Assembly (NCBI GenBank): GCA_963720565.1
Contig: CAVRFW010000005.1
Span: 64,001 to 128,000, forward strand
Source of the DNA: Candidatus Bathyarchaeota archaeon
GTDB lineage: Archaea; Thermoproteota; Bathyarchaeia; Bathyarchaeales; Bathycorpusculaceae
Length of the DNA: 64,000 nt
Direction of reading: 5' to 3'
In this document: piece by piece, positions 50,584 to 62,104 of the stretch
How positions within the stretch are numbered: position 1 is the stretch's first letter
Layout of the letters: each line of letters starts with the position of its first letter
Translations under genes and position numbers: made by a program
Notes under the pieces: generated by a model
What the model was told of the DNA's origin: nothing
The model's input: the letters and a program-made list of their open reading frames with translations, nothing else
The model's database searches: none

Positions 50584-50979
50584 CTAAGCCTCTTGCTTGG
50601 TTGGTTCTACTTTGCGTTCAGCGGGCTTCTTCGGCTTTTCTACAATTTTCGTGTTAATCTGAACAATCTCGTCCGAAATCACATTGCCTCGAACCATCTT
50701 TCGCCTTCGCTGTCCTTTTTCACTAGGTTTGAAGCCTGCTCCACCGCCCAGCACCACGTTTCTACGGACGCCACCATGCACGCTTGGCCTCATGGGAACA
50801 CCGTCTTTGTCAGAACCGCCCATTATCTGCAACTTGTACGCTGGCAAATCCAATGCAGCGCCATCTACGGTTTCCCCAATCTTCCTTCCAATCAACGAAA
50901 CGGCCCGCGCTTCTTCAATCTCAACCACTTTTGAGGTGCCATCGTCCGGGTCTGAAACTATTACCTTGAATTTTGCCAT
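50584..50979 (-). CDS. rps6e: 30S ribosomal protein S6e
   Basis: GGSDKDGVPM, RRRKMVRG. Confidence 0.95.
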   Translation of the reverse strand: MAKFKVIVSDPDDGTSKVVEIEEARAVSLIGRKIGETVDGAALDLPAYKLQIMGGSDKDGVPMRPSVHGGVRRNVVLGGGAGFKPSEKGQRRRKMVRGNVISDEIVQINTKIVEKPKKPAERKVEPTKQEA

Positions 50980-51118
50980 TTGCTGACTAACTCTCCAGCG
51001 GAGTATGAAGTTGGGTATCTCTCTATTAAGGGTTTATGAAAATGTCTTTAACTATTCAGACTGATGTAAATTTTGTCTGCTAAAAGTTTTAATGCTTCAC
51101 TGCAGAAGTCTTGTTGCT

Positions 51119-52312
51119 ATGTGGCGACTCGGGTTCTTTTTCCACGAAATGGCTTTCGGCCTATTATCAGTGTTTATTCCACTATACGTTGTGACCCCAG
51201 CCGTTGGAGGTTCACTATTCGACTTGGGTATAATGACCTCAGTCGCCCTTTTCTTAGCTATACCTGCCTCGTTCTTCTGGGGATACATATGTGACAGAAC
51301 GAGACAGTATAAACTGTACATTCTTCTCTCGTTCATATCGGTTACCATAATCCTCTATCTTTTCACGCTTGCCACCAATATACTCATGTTCACTGTTCTT
51401 TACGCTGTAATGGCAATGCTCCATGTAGCTCATGAAGCACCGAAAAACATTCTCATAGCCGAACATTACTCGCATGAAGAATGGGGAAAATCATATGCAT
51501 GGTATGAAGGCTTTACTGAGATAGGCTGGTTGATTGGTTTGCTCCTGGGATTGTTCACGTCAACCATCGCTTTCAGCCCCAATCACATCTTATTTTTATG
51601 CAGCGGTTTAAATTTGGCTGCTCTGATTTTGTCGATACTCTTCGTGGCTGATCCACTGCTGATTTTTGAGCGGAGGTTAGTGAGCATAGAAAAAAAGATC
51701 GATTACACCTATCGCGGCGTTAATGCGGCCTCAAGATTAATGGAGGGACTACCTATCGGCGAAAAATTCAGAAGCGAGAACTTCGCAGCGTTCAGCTTGG
51801 GGCTGGTTTTGTTCTCCCTTGCTTCGAGTCTATTCTTCACCCCACTGCCGATATTCTTCGCTAAAGATTTAGCCTTTCCTACAAGTTTAGTTTTCATGAT
51901 TTACATGCTGAGCTCTGGAGGATCAGTTGCAGGATACTTCCTGGCTGGAAAGAGATCAGCATCTCCTAACGCAAAAGTCTACATGAAAAGAATCGTGCTT
52001 CTGCGAGGCGTTCTAGTTTTCTCTTTGGTCTTAATCGTAAGTTTTGCTTTCTCTACGATAATACTCGCTCCAGCCATCTTGGTTTTCATGGGATTAGCGT
52101 ATGGGGTGTATCATATCCTGGCGCTTTCTCTGTCAATGGAGGTAATACCGACTGGAAAAACAGGTTTGTTCGATGTCCTCATGGGTTTGGGTGCAGCCAT
52201 TGGCTCGTTCCTTGGGCCTGTTCTCGCTCAAATTCTGGGTTTTCTACCCCAGTTCCTAATAACAAGCGCAATTTTCCTCTCAGCCTATTTGGTGCTTAAA
52301 ATCTTCACGTGA
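51119..52312 (+). CDS. MFS transporter
   Basis: 12 TM pattern, WGYICDR motif. Confidence 0.85.
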   Translation: MWRLGFFFHEMAFGLLSVFIPLYVVTPAVGGSLFDLGIMTSVALFLAIPASFFWGYICDRTRQYKLYILLSFISVTIILYLFTLATNILMFTVLYAVMAMLHVAHEAPKNILIAEHYSHEEWGKSYAWYEGFTEIGWLIGLLLGLFTSTIAFSPNHILFLCSGLNLAALILSILFVADPLLIFERRLVSIEKKIDYTYRGVNAASRLMEGLPIGEKFRSENFAAFSLGLVLFSLASSLFFTPLPIFFAKDLAFPTSLVFMIYMLSSGGSVAGYFLAGKRSASPNAKVYMKRIVLLRGVLVFSLVLIVSFAFSTIILAPAILVFMGLAYGVYHILALSLSMEVIPTGKTGLFDVLMGLGAAIGSFLGPVLAQILGFLPQFLITSAIFLSAYLVLKIFT

Positions 52313-52359
52313 ATAAAAATAGGAAAAAAGAAGAGAAGAATAGGCAGTTTACTAGTATT

Positions 52360-53814
52360 CTATTCCGTGTGTACCCTGAACAGGTCGATGTCTTCTCGCA
52401 TGCTTGGTGTCAGTTCCAGGAAGTCTCTGACGGCACGTTCAATATCTTTTGACTGCGTTACGTATCTTCCGACAATAAGTATGTCTGCCCCTAGTTCTAA
52501 GGCTTCCTTTGCTGTTTCCGGAACTATTCCACCAGCAACAGCAATCAGGAATTTCTTGTTTGGAAAAGCTTGACGAATAAGGCGTATGCGTTCCAGCCCA
52601 CATGTTCTTCCACTTTCCTGGTCTATGCCCCTGTGAAGAATAACTATGTCTGGAAAGTTTTTGAGCGATTGGAGTTTTCCAAGAACGTCTTCGACATTAA
52701 GCATGTCTACTACAGCATATATTCCGAGCCTCTTTGCCTCATGGACGAATGCGTCAAGTGTTTCTGGCGGGGCTAGTCCTGCAGCAACCACTGCGTCAGC
52801 TGTATCTTCGTAGGCTATGTCAGCCTCTACTTTTCCGACATCCAGGGTCTTCAAGTCAGCAACCATGAAACTGTCTTTGGCTACTTGCCTCAATTCACTT
52901 ATGACCCTTGTGCCATAACGCTTTATCAAAGGTGTTCCAACTTCAATAATTATCCTGTCGCTTCCAGGAAGCTGTGTGAGGATCTTCTTAGTTCTATCAA
53001 GATCTGGCGCGTCAAGCGAAATCTGCAGATAAGGCGGTCTCCATAGACGCGGAACCTTGAACCCCATTATCGGATGCTTTGCCCTGTCCTTATCATAGTT
53101 AATCTTCTCAATTGATGGATACTGTTTCAATGCTCTTTGCAAAGCCATTTTTGTAGCACCGTAGTTGTACTGGTATATTTTGCGAAAGTCAGTTGCCTGT
53201 GGATGGATAAAAACACTGCAGATTATCACCCAATCATCAACTTTTTCAATAGGAATAACTCCTTCTTCCACGGAGTCAGCAACAGCTTTTGCAACAGCAG
53301 CCTGCGCCGGTCCAAATATCTTCCCTGTATCTTCCATGTTCTTGACAGTAACTTTCGGCACTAGCAAAGTGTGTGGCTTCGGCGGAAGGTTGGGACGTAT
53401 AACCGCCAGCAAAGGAGTGTGTCCTGCTGAAAGATTCGACAACCCATTGGCGAATGCTTTGCCAACTGGTCCATCCTTATCACCCATCAAGAGGTCAATG
53501 TGTGCAACTTCATTGCCTTCTCCGACAAGAGCTTCACCAATCAAAAAAGTACTTTGGGAATTTACGGCATCCTGAGTTAACTTGAGTGTCGGTATGTCGT
53601 CCAGAACTTCCTTAAAATCGACATCAAATTCCCTCAGCCACGTATGAAGAGTGTCTCTGTGTACGTTAAGCACTTTTGCGGTTCCAGATATTGTCGGTTT
53701 AGATAGTTTAGTTTTCTGGAAAGGCTTATAATCTATTTCTTTCTTGGCAGCTTCCTCCAAAATCCTGACAAGTTCTTCGCGTGTCTCAGGTTTCTTCGTG
53801 TTTGTATCCGACAT
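52360..53814 (-). CDS. fae-hps: Bifunctional formaldehyde-activating enzyme/3-hexulose-6-phosphate synthase with N-terminal HTH-like extension
   Basis: [56 protein letters not shown]. Confidence 0.92.
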   Translation of the reverse strand: MSDTNTKKPETREELVRILEEAAKKEIDYKPFQKTKLSKPTISGTAKVLNVHRDTLHTWLREFDVDFKEVLDDIPTLKLTQDAVNSQSTFLIGEALVGEGNEVAHIDLLMGDKDGPVGKAFANGLSNLSAGHTPLLAVIRPNLPPKPHTLLVPKVTVKNMEDTGKIFGPAQAAVAKAVADSVEEGVIPIEKVDDWVIICSVFIHPQATDFRKIYQYNYGATKMALQRALKQYPSIEKINYDKDRAKHPIMGFKVPRLWRPPYLQISLDAPDLDRTKKILTQLPGSDRIIIEVGTPLIKRYGTRVISELRQVAKDSFMVADLKTLDVGKVEADIAYEDTADAVVAAGLAPPETLDAFVHEAKRLGIYAVVDMLNVEDVLGKLQSLKNFPDIVILHRGIDQESGRTCGLERIRLIRQAFPNKKFLIAVAGGIVPETAKEALELGADILIVGRYVTQSKDIERAVRDFLELTPSMREDIDLFRVHTE

Positions 53815-54051
53815 TTTGTTGCCTCTGCGTTCTCTCTGTGGTATCTTATATATAAAAGTGTCGGATACAGCGAGTTGATTAATAGGTTGTCTTTTAAAGT
53901 GTGACGATAATGTCGGCATTCGATCCAATTATCCAAACAGCGAGCGCGCCAAAGTCATCATCATGCTTGCGTTTTTGCAGGTTTCTACAGGTAACTCTAT
54001 ATATTCTATGCGCGTAGTGAATTCCATCGTCTTCCGACTTGAGGCTCTTCA

Positions 54052-54243
54052 ATGACTTGGATTGACTGGTTATGTTTAGGCATCGTAGCTTTAGGCGTCG
54101 TTTTTTTTCTCTACGGAGCGAACTACTATGATGCAATGATTGGCTGGGCGGGCGTATTTCTTTTCATTGCAGGGGCAGTTTCTTTTCTTGCATTTTCCAT
54201 TTATCGTGAGTTGATAAAGAGAACCCAAGCCCAGAACCTATAG
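54052..54243 (+). CDS. Small membrane protein
   Basis: 2 TM segments. Confidence 0.55.
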   Translation: MTWIDWLCLGIVALGVVFFLYGANYYDAMIGWAGVFLFIAGAVSFLAFSIYRELIKRTQAQNL

Positions 54244-55767
54244 AGAGCACTGTATTTCTCCTGTAAGTAGTGAAGGTATGGTTTGGCGTCCAAGTTTTTC
54301 CCTGTTATTTTCCTGAGCATATCAGCCGTATCATAAAGCTTTCCATAACTGTAGACGTTCGAAGTGAGCCATTCACGCAGATTCTTCAAGCTGCCTTGCT
54401 CCAATTGACTGCGCCAGTTTGGCATATCTTTTGTCAGCTGATTAACTATCTGCCCGCTATAGATGTTCCCTAACGCATACGAGGGGAAATATCCATACAT
54501 TCCGCTTGGCCAATGTGTGTCTTGCATTACTCCTTCGCTGTCATGCAGAATTTTTACTCCCAGGTATTCCTCGTACTTCTGATTCCAGATTACGGGAAGC
54601 TCGTCAACATTGGTTTTCCCATTGAAGAGGTCTTTTTCAATCTGGAAACGCACAACTATATGCAAGTTATAGGTTACTTCGTCAGCTTCAATGCGAATTT
54701 TGGAAGGCTCAACCTCATTTATAGCAAATAGAAAATCGTCTAAACCCACGTTTGAAAGAGCCGGAGCCGTGATTTGCTTTAGTTTCGGCAGATAACATTT
54801 CCAGAATTCTCGCGAACGACCAATGATGTTTTCGCAGAGCCGTGATTGTGACTCGTGAAAGCCCATGGAGCAGTTTGTACCTATTGGCTGATATTTCCAA
54901 TGTTGAGGCAAGTTTTGCTCGTATAGGGCATGTCCCGTTTCGTGAAGTACTGAGAATATTGAGGAAGTGAAATCCTCTGGGTAGTAGTGTGTGGTTATGC
55001 GCACATCATCATAGTATCCTGTGGTGAAAGGGTGCTCAGTCTCGTCAATCCTTCCGCCCGACTTAGGAGTAGTAGTATCATAGCCTAATATCTGACTAAG
55101 AGTTATGGCGATTTTCCGTTGAGCTTCTATTGGAATATTTGTTTTGAGTATTGCACTCTTTGACGTTGTTGACGCGCTTTGGATTTTCGCCAACAGTTTC
55201 CTGAGTCCTGCCTGGAGTGGAGTAAAAATTTTATCTATGGCGTCTGTGGTCATTTTCGGCTCATAAATATCTATCAAGGCATCATAGGGCGTATGAGTAT
55301 TCTTGACTTTCATCAAGATATCCGCTGCCTGGCGATTCAGATTCAGGAGCTTCTCCAGATCGACTTTTAGCATGGAGAAGGAACGCGCAGCTTTTGCCTT
55401 TTTCCAAGTGTTAACTGTTATTGCCTGCTGCTTAGCGGTCTCTGCAACAAGTTTCTCGGGCAATGCTATTTGCTCATCATAATTTTTCTGGGTTAGTTGA
55501 ACGTTGCGTTTCTCCACATCACTTAGTGCACCGTATTGTGAGCTTCCGGTTATTTCATGAAGAAGTCTCCCAATTTCTGGATCAGTAGTTCATCTTATGG
55601 CTAATAATACTGAGCAATGAGAGCTGTTCGCTGCGCAAGTTCACAGCTTTTGGCGGCATCATTGTTTCCATATCCCAGTGGACTATTGCTTCGGTGGAAC
55701 CAAGAACAGCAAGATCCTTAGCCCGGCTCATGAGCCGTTTGTAATCGGAATGGATACTTCCAGTCAT
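54201..55767 (-). CDS. Carboxypeptidase M32 (Taq-type), frameshifted ~55580
   Basis: HWD...MP, HPF, DVRITT, HETGH, HESQ, IRIEAD, GYFPSY. Confidence 0.92.
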
Positions 55768-55957
55768 TCTTCATCTCTTCTGATGCTTCACATTTACCCC
55801 TCATTTATATAATGTTTTGCAGAGTCATACCCCGTGTATTCGAGACAATCGCCACAGAGCATTCAACGCTTACGGTTCGGAATCTTCTCAGAACGACAGA
55901 CAACCTTTAGGGAATAGGTTTTAAAAGAAATGCTTGAAGAACATGGGAAGCATAGGT

Positions 55958-56572
55958 TCAGACTTTTGCTTCTATCAGAACAATTGTTTCAAAAAACGGC
56001 AAGGCACGTTCTGACAATACTCTTGCGTGTAAACAACGTTCTGAGAAGCGCTCTATTGTCTCTTCAACACCGGTGAGGGTCGACTGCATCAAAAGGATCC
56101 GGCCAGACTGCTTCAAGTATTTGGGCGCTTCGAGAATGAAACGGTCAATTATTTTTCGGCCTGTTGGACCACCTGCCCACGCGCGACTCAGCCAAGAGTT
56201 TGCTTCACTTTCATCAACAGGCAAGTAAGGTGAATTGAAGATTATCAGATCAAACTTTGATGTCTCGCTTAAGGCATTGAACAAGTCACCCTGCAGAAAG
56301 GAAATCTTGCCACGCACTTTGTTGAGAATCGCGTTTGCCATTGCACATCGCACGGCGTATGGGTTCACGTCACTTGCTACAACAGTACCTGCCTCTTTTG
56401 CGGCAACCACACTGAGCAGCCCACAACCAGTGCCTATTTCCAAAACCTGTTCCCCAGCTTCTACGGCGAGGTTTTCGGCGAAGAAGAACGAATCCTCAGC
56501 AGGGTCGTATACATTTTCATCAACGAAAAATGCGTAGTTTCCGAAGTAAACGCGTTTATTTTGCGAGTGCAT
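55958..56572 (-). CDS. HemK2/Mtq2-like release-factor glutamine methyltransferase
   Basis: VYDPAEDS, EIGTGCG, FNSPYLP, WAGG. Confidence 0.88.
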   Translation of the reverse strand: MHSQNKRVYFGNYAFFVDENVYDPAEDSFFFAENLAVEAGEQVLEIGTGCGLLSVVAAKEAGTVVASDVNPYAVRCAMANAILNKVRGKISFLQGDLFNALSETSKFDLIIFNSPYLPVDESEANSWLSRAWAGGPTGRKIIDRFILEAPKYLKQSGRILLMQSTLTGVEETIERFSERCLHARVLSERALPFFETIVLIEAKV

Positions 56573-57374
56573 TTGCTAACTCTCCGAAGTCCCTTGGTGA
56601 TAACGTTCTCACGCGCTTATCTCTGAACGCAATAGAAGCAGCTATTCTCTCAGCTTCATCCCTTGTCACTTTATGCATAGTTTTAATAAAGGGCACAATG
56701 GCATTGCAGAGTTTCTTGTTGCGCTGTGTGAAGAGCCATCGAACCATTCGCAGAAAAAGCGTCTTGTCATTGACTGTGAATGGTGCCTGAATCCAAGGAG
56801 TAAGTCGGATGATAACTGAGTCTACCTCTGGTTGAGGAAAGAAGGAGTGTTTTGGCACAGCATCCAAAAGCTCAACTCTTAGACTGTGATAAGCTGCCAC
56901 CGTCAACCAACTGTAGGATTCACTGCCTACCGCTGCAACAAGGCGATCAGCGAACTCCTGCTGAAGAACCCATACCGCGCAATCAACCTTCCGAGTTAGA
57001 AGCCACACAACAAGGCGAGAGGACAAATAGTAGGGCGGGATTGCCACAACCTTGTTGAAGGCAGGCAAGTCGGCCTTTAATGCATCGCCTAAGATCACAG
57101 TCACGTTGTTAGAGTGTCGGAATCGTTCGTGCAGCACATCTGCAACCCGCGAATCCTTCTCCACTGCCAACACGACGCCGCTACTCTCCGAGAGAAAATC
57201 AGTCAGGAAACCAAAACCTGCACCGACCTCTAGCACCGCATCCTTCTTTGACAGATTTGCGTATTGAACAAGTTTGGTGAAAACCGAGGGTTCAACCGTG
57301 AAATTTTGCCCCAACAGCCTGTTCGGAACAATTCGACGAGTTCGAAGAAGGGTCTTCGTTTCTCTAATGCTCAT
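56556..57374 (-). CDS. ksgA: 16S rRNA adenine dimethyltransferase
   Basis: LGQNF, EVGAGFG, IPPY, FFPQPEVDS. Confidence 0.92.
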   Translation of the reverse strand: MSIRETKTLLRTRRIVPNRLLGQNFTVEPSVFTKLVQYANLSKKDAVLEVGAGFGFLTDFLSESSGVVLAVEKDSRVADVLHERFRHSNNVTVILGDALKADLPAFNKVVAIPPYYLSSRLVVWLLTRKVDCAVWVLQQEFADRLVAAVGSESYSWLTVAAYHSLRVELLDAVPKHSFFPQPEVDSVIIRLTPWIQAPFTVNDKTLFLRMVRWLFTQRNKKLCNAIVPFIKTMHKVTRDEAERIAASIAFRDKRVRTLSPRDFGELANALAK

Positions 57375-57384
57375 CGTTTTTGCC

Positions 57385-57951
57385 CTATTGAGCGCGTGTG
57401 AACAATCGATACTTGCTGTCGCCCTCAAGTTCTTCCATGACGCGTTTGGTAATCAGCTTCACAGGACTAGGCAGTTCGGTCCGTTTCTGCAGATCGTCAA
57501 AGCTCAGGAAGGGTTTCCGTTCACGCTCATTAATTACTTGCCACATATACTTTTTCCCAATTCCCGGCACCAGTTCAAGAGCGTGCATACGCGGGGTTAT
57601 AGCCCTTGTTGTGTTGAAAAAGTTGACAAACCATTTTTCACGATTCAGAACTATTCGGTTTATCGCGCTTGGAAGCTCAGCTTTTGCCGCAGCTGTCAAC
57701 TCTTCAAAACCTATGCGACCGATTATGTACGTGACCTCTTCGCGGGCATCTTTTCCAACGTAAACGTGGTCATTGGGCTTGAGAATTAAGCCTTCCTTTA
57801 CTAATGCCTCCAACAGGGTGAAAAACTCTTCACCGATGCATTGGATTAGAGCTCCCGCTCGGTAGCCGGCTCTTCCAGTGGGATGAAACCCTGGCCGACC
57901 GTGCTGCAAAAAGTCTAACACGTAGGCGTACTCTTCGTACCGCTTTTCCAT
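57385..57951 (-). CDS. DUF655 putative RNA-binding protein
   Basis: EEYAYVLDF, FTLLE, RMHALELVPGIGKK. Confidence 0.9.
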   Translation of the reverse strand: MEKRYEEYAYVLDFLQHGRPGFHPTGRAGYRAGALIQCIGEEFFTLLEALVKEGLILKPNDHVYVGKDAREEVTYIIGRIGFEELTAAAKAELPSAINRIVLNREKWFVNFFNTTRAITPRMHALELVPGIGKKYMWQVINERERKPFLSFDDLQKRTELPSPVKLITKRVMEELEGDSKYRLFTRAQ

Positions 57952-58016
57952 GATAGTCCCTAAGCTCCCTTACTCTATAGCCCAGTACTGCTTAAAAATA
58001 CTTTAGCCGAATTCCG

Positions 58017-58355
58017 CTACTTCAGCGTTCTATTTTCGTTTAGAAGAGTCACTATGGCTTCCAACTTGGTGGTTTCGATGATTTTACGACCGCCGACTAG
58101 AAAAACGCGCAGTTCATCAACGGTCTCAGGCATACAATTGATAACCTGAACAGCTTCGAACTCGTCTAGGCCAAACTCTTTCACCAGTTTCCCCTGAATT
58201 TCTTCGACTTTGTCTGCATCCAACTTTGAAAACTTACTCACGTAATCCAGTGTGCGCCGCTGAAATTGATCCAGATTTTCTTCCCCAACGCTCTCGAGCA
58301 CTTTCTTAACCTGAGGCAACGTAAGCTTGCTTTCGCCCAACTCTCTTTTGCTCAT
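58017..58355 (-). CDS. rpo4: RNA polymerase subunit Rpo4 (RpoF)
   Basis: QRRTLDY, INCMPETVDELR; rpl21e-rpoF-DUF655-ksgA context. Confidence 0.9.
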   Translation of the reverse strand: MSKRELGESKLTLPQVKKVLESVGEENLDQFQRRTLDYVSKFSKLDADKVEEIQGKLVKEFGLDEFEAVQVINCMPETVDELRVFLVGGRKIIETTKLEAIVTLLNENRTLK

Positions 58356-58359
58356 ATGC

Positions 58360-58656
58360 TCAACTACCTGTATACTGTTCCAAGTGTTCAGGTCGAACAA
58401 TTATCTGCTTGATTGCGTCTCCTTGAGGTACATTTACTACGTATGCCCTACCGCGACGTTCCACTACTGTTCCAATCTTGCCATGAAAGCGTTTATGAGG
58501 CAGAGTCTTCTGTTCGCTAGAATCCAGTTTTATGATTACCTGAGAACCTGGCGCGTGCTGAATTAACAATCTGCCAAGCTGAGGTTTACCTTTTTCTCTA
58601 GCAGGCTTAGTCAGTAGCTGACGAGCCCCACCGTGATATCCTTTTGAACCTCTCAT
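58360..58656 (-). CDS. rpl21e: 50S ribosomal protein L21e
   Basis: PHKRFHGKIG, RPEHL. Confidence 0.93.
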   Translation of the reverse strand: MRGSKGYHGGARQLLTKPAREKGKPQLGRLLIQHAPGSQVIIKLDSSEQKTLPHKRFHGKIGTVVERRGRAYVVNVPQGDAIKQIIVRPEHLEQYTGS

Positions 58657-58673
58657 CCACAAATTCACCTTTT

Positions 58674-60009
58674 CTATTCATCCAATTTAACGTTCAAAAC
58701 GTCAAGCTTAAGAGGCTTCGCTCTGTTTCCAAGCAAATCCGAAACATTTGGCATAGTTCTTCCCTCGTCACCGGACATCAGCTCCTTTACATAGAGACCT
58801 CCCTGGCAACGAATTTCCAGCTCAGCTCTCTTAGACGACACCTTCTTAACTTTGACCTTATATATGTACCTTTCTCGGATCAAATCCGCCCTGCGATGCA
58901 AAACTCGCAGAGGCGTCTGCTGCTTTACCGAGGCACCTGTGAGTTTTTCCTCCAATAGAAGCAAATTCTCTGCGGACACTGGATGTTCAAACTCAACCAG
59001 CATGCGGTACTCTTTCTGCGCAGATTCCCCCTTCTTCAACCGCCGAACGACGTCCTTATTCGTGAATCGAAGTTTCGACACTTTCACCTTGCCCTTGGCA
59101 CCATCGTTGACTTCAGCCTCAAGCTTCTTTAAATCCAAAAGTCTCTTTCTAGGTTTTGATATTTCAAGCACAAAAGGTCTGCCGGTCCCCAGCATACGAG
59201 CATCGATGTCTTCGCGTCCAGAAGCATGAAAAGCTGTTTTTTCTCCTGCAGCAGCAACCAGCAAAGGCTTTGAAACCAGTTCCTCAACTGACTCAGAGTA
59301 CAATTTGCCACTCCAATTACACTTTACGCAACCTTTTCCGCGACAGCCTGAGCAGAACCACTTTGACTGCGGTATATCCCTTGACTAGCTTCCTATATCG
59401 CCCCCTAACAAAGAGCGGATTAACCTGAACTCGAATCTGCCCAACAAAGGGGTTAATCACCACAACAACTTCAGGCTTCTTGTATTCCACTTCTTTGTTA
59501 GCCCGTTCAGCGATGGTCTTTCCAAGCAATCGTCCGAACTCGTGGCGTATGCTCTCGCCGTAAGCGACTTCAAACGCGGCTTTGAACTCATCCTCACGCT
59601 CTTCCACCGTTACGGGCAATTCAATACCGACAAGAAAAGTGCTGTATTCGTAACTTTCAACCGCCACCAAGGCTTGCTCAACTAAACTTTCAACCAACTT
59701 GAACTTGTCCTCACAAAGAAAACACGTCACAGGATTGCTCTTTCTAATAATCCGCTTCCGCAAGTGCTCGAGAGTACTTTGAGCCTCGCGACAAAAACCG
59801 TTAACCGCAAGAACCCCGAGTTTTTTTACACCTTCGCTTTCTTTTGATGTAAAGAGTGCGTTAGCGTGAAGGGTTAAAGCCAGTTTCAGTGCTTTACCTC
59901 TGGAGTCGTTTTCTATGCCATAACCAAGCAACGCGAATTGCCTTCCGAGGCAATGGTCACAGAGAGGTCGCTTCTCGAGCATTGTCAACGCTTTTTCTAG
60001 AACATCCAT
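58674..60009 (-). CDS. pus10: tRNA pseudouridine(54/55) synthase Pus10 (frameshift ~59380)
   Basis: LCDHCLGR, GRYRK, HASGREDIDARMLG, QQTPLRVLHRR, GGLYVKEL. Confidence 0.93.
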
Positions 60010-60018
60010 AAAGAGAGC

Positions 60019-61353
60019 CTACTTGAACTCTGAGGGAAAACCTTTACCCATGAAAGGCAATCTCTTCTTCCGCTTGAACATTTTCATCATCTTACGCATC
60101 ATTACGTACTGCTTTAGAAGCTCTTTCACTTCCTTATCGCTTGTTCCTGAACCCCTTGCCACACGTCTAATTCTTGAGGAGTTTAAGATTTTCGGATTTT
60201 CTTTTTCCTCGAACCTCATGGACTGAATTATGACACGCCACTTTTCCAAACGCCCCTCAGCCGTGTTAAGCATCTCATCAGGCACGTCGTAAGACATTCC
60301 CGGGAGCATCTTGAAAATCTTCTTGATCGGACCCATACCCTTTACTGCCTCAAACTGTTCATACATGTCCGTCAAAGTGAACTTTCCACTGAGTATAGCC
60401 TTCGCTTTCTTCTCTGGAACTTTTATTTCGGCATCATGGACTTTTTCAAGAAGCGTTTCCAAATCGCCCATGCCCAGAAGGCGTCCAACAAAGCGAGATG
60501 GAATGAATGGCTCGATATCTTCGATCTTTTCGCCTGTGCCAATGAACTTTATCGGTGCCCCTGTGGCTGCAACTGCTGAGAGAGCACCTCCTCCTCGTGC
60601 TGAACCGTCAAGTTTTGTGACGATAATTGCGCCTATGGGAGTGGCTTCATGGAAGGCTTTGGCTTGAATTAAAGCTTGCTGACCGATTGTTCCGTCAATA
60701 ACCATAATAACCTCGTCAGGCTTGACGTGCCTCTCAAGGTTCTTCATTTCTCTAATGAGTTCTTGTTCCTCTTTATGGCGCCCGGCAGTATCCACAATCA
60801 CAAAATCCTTGTCGCTAAAATGCTTCAATCCATCATTTACGACTTTGACAGGATCCTTGGCTTTGGAATCACCAAACACTGGAACGTTTATTCGGGTTGC
60901 CAACTGCTGGAGCTGAGCGAACGCCCCTGGACGGTAGGTGTCCGCACAAATCAGTGCTGGTTTTAGTCCCCTTTTTTGGAAGTATCTAGCGAGCTTAGCC
61001 GCGTGAGTAGTTTTTCCAGAACCTTGAATTCCGACCAGCATTATTATCTTCTTTCTTCCGGGTTCCATCTTGATCGGAACTGGTTTATCTCCAACGAATC
61101 GAGTTAGTTCCTCATAAACGACCTTGATGACGTGTTCACGCCTGGATATTCCTGGCGGCACTTTTTCCTTCAATGCTCTTTCTTCTATTTGCTTGGATAT
61201 TGCGAGAACGAGTTGAACATTAACGTCTGCTTGGAGAAGAGCCCTTTGTAGGTCTCGGACAAGTTCCTTAACAGTAGCCTCATCCACAACTGAAGCTCTG
61301 AATACTTTTTTCAAAGCTTCATAGAGGGACGAACCCAAGCGATCTATTGCCAT
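60019..61353 (-). CDS. srp54: Signal recognition particle protein Srp54
   Basis: GIQGSGKTT, DTAGRH, TKLDG, RVARGSG. Confidence 0.97.
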   Translation of the reverse strand: MAIDRLGSSLYEALKKVFRASVVDEATVKELVRDLQRALLQADVNVQLVLAISKQIEERALKEKVPPGISRREHVIKVVYEELTRFVGDKPVPIKMEPGRKKIIMLVGIQGSGKTTHAAKLARYFQKRGLKPALICADTYRPGAFAQLQQLATRINVPVFGDSKAKDPVKVVNDGLKHFSDKDFVIVDTAGRHKEEQELIREMKNLERHVKPDEVIMVIDGTIGQQALIQAKAFHEATPIGAIIVTKLDGSARGGGALSAVAATGAPIKFIGTGEKIEDIEPFIPSRFVGRLLGMGDLETLLEKVHDAEIKVPEKKAKAILSGKFTLTDMYEQFEAVKGMGPIKKIFKMLPGMSYDVPDEMLNTAEGRLEKWRVIIQSMRFEEKENPKILNSSRIRRVARGSGTSDKEVKELLKQYVMMRKMMKMFKRKKRLPFMGKGFPSEFK

Positions 61354-61628
61354 CTGCGTCTCCAGCCCTTAAGAAAGTTCAAGCGCCTTTTAAATATATA
61401 TTTCAAGTGAACCGTGAATCCCCGAGGATTCTGCAGGAATACTGCCTTTAGAAGGCTCTAAAATTAAGGATCAGATTATTGCCAAATAGAGTAATCTCAG
61501 GAAGCCTCAGTCCCCAATTAGATATCGTCACAATTCAGACGGCTCTTCATGCATCATCGGCTTCTGGGTAAGATGTGAAAAACAAGAAGATAAACTTTGA
61601 CAAAAAGGCAAAGCAGGATGTGCAGGAA

Positions 61629-62021
61629 CTACTTTGCCCGGACAATTTTGATTCTATCAAGTATCTTCCAATACTCAATCTCTGCGCCTGGAATAAGTTT
61701 GGCCTTTAAGTCCTCTTCTTCTGGGAAGGGAGCATCTATATACTCGTACGTTTCCAAGTCCATGATCTGAACCCCAGTTGGGTTAACCGCAAAAACTTGT
61801 CCAGGTCTCTTGTTAATTATGGGAATTTCGGCGTTACTGTCTACGGGCTTAACGAATTGCCTCTTTTGGCCATCGAACACGCCTATAGCAACGATTCTCG
61901 CCTTGGCGGCTCCATGCTTTCCAGGTTTTGATTTAGCTATGTCCACTATATGGCAAGGTTGGTTATCGATGAGCATGTAGCCTCCAACACGTAAGCTTCC
62001 AACGTCAACTGGTCTGCTCAT
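61629..62021 (-). CDS. eif5a: Translation factor aIF5A
   Basis: SKPGKHG hypusine motif. Confidence 0.96.
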   Translation of the reverse strand: MSRPVDVGSLRVGGYMLIDNQPCHIVDIAKSKPGKHGAAKARIVAIGVFDGQKRQFVKPVDSNAEIPIINKRPGQVFAVNPTGVQIMDLETYEYIDAPFPEEEDLKAKLIPGAEIEYWKILDRIKIVRAK

Positions 62022-62104
62022 ATCTTCACCAATTTTAGACTCTAATCAAAGCAATTCACAACAACATGCATATATAGATTAAGGTAACGGTAATAAGCTG
62101 AGCT

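Noticed and set aside
61354..61628. SRP (7S) RNA upstream of srp54
   Set aside because: Spacer is AT-rich, with no GC-rich helices or helix-8 motif
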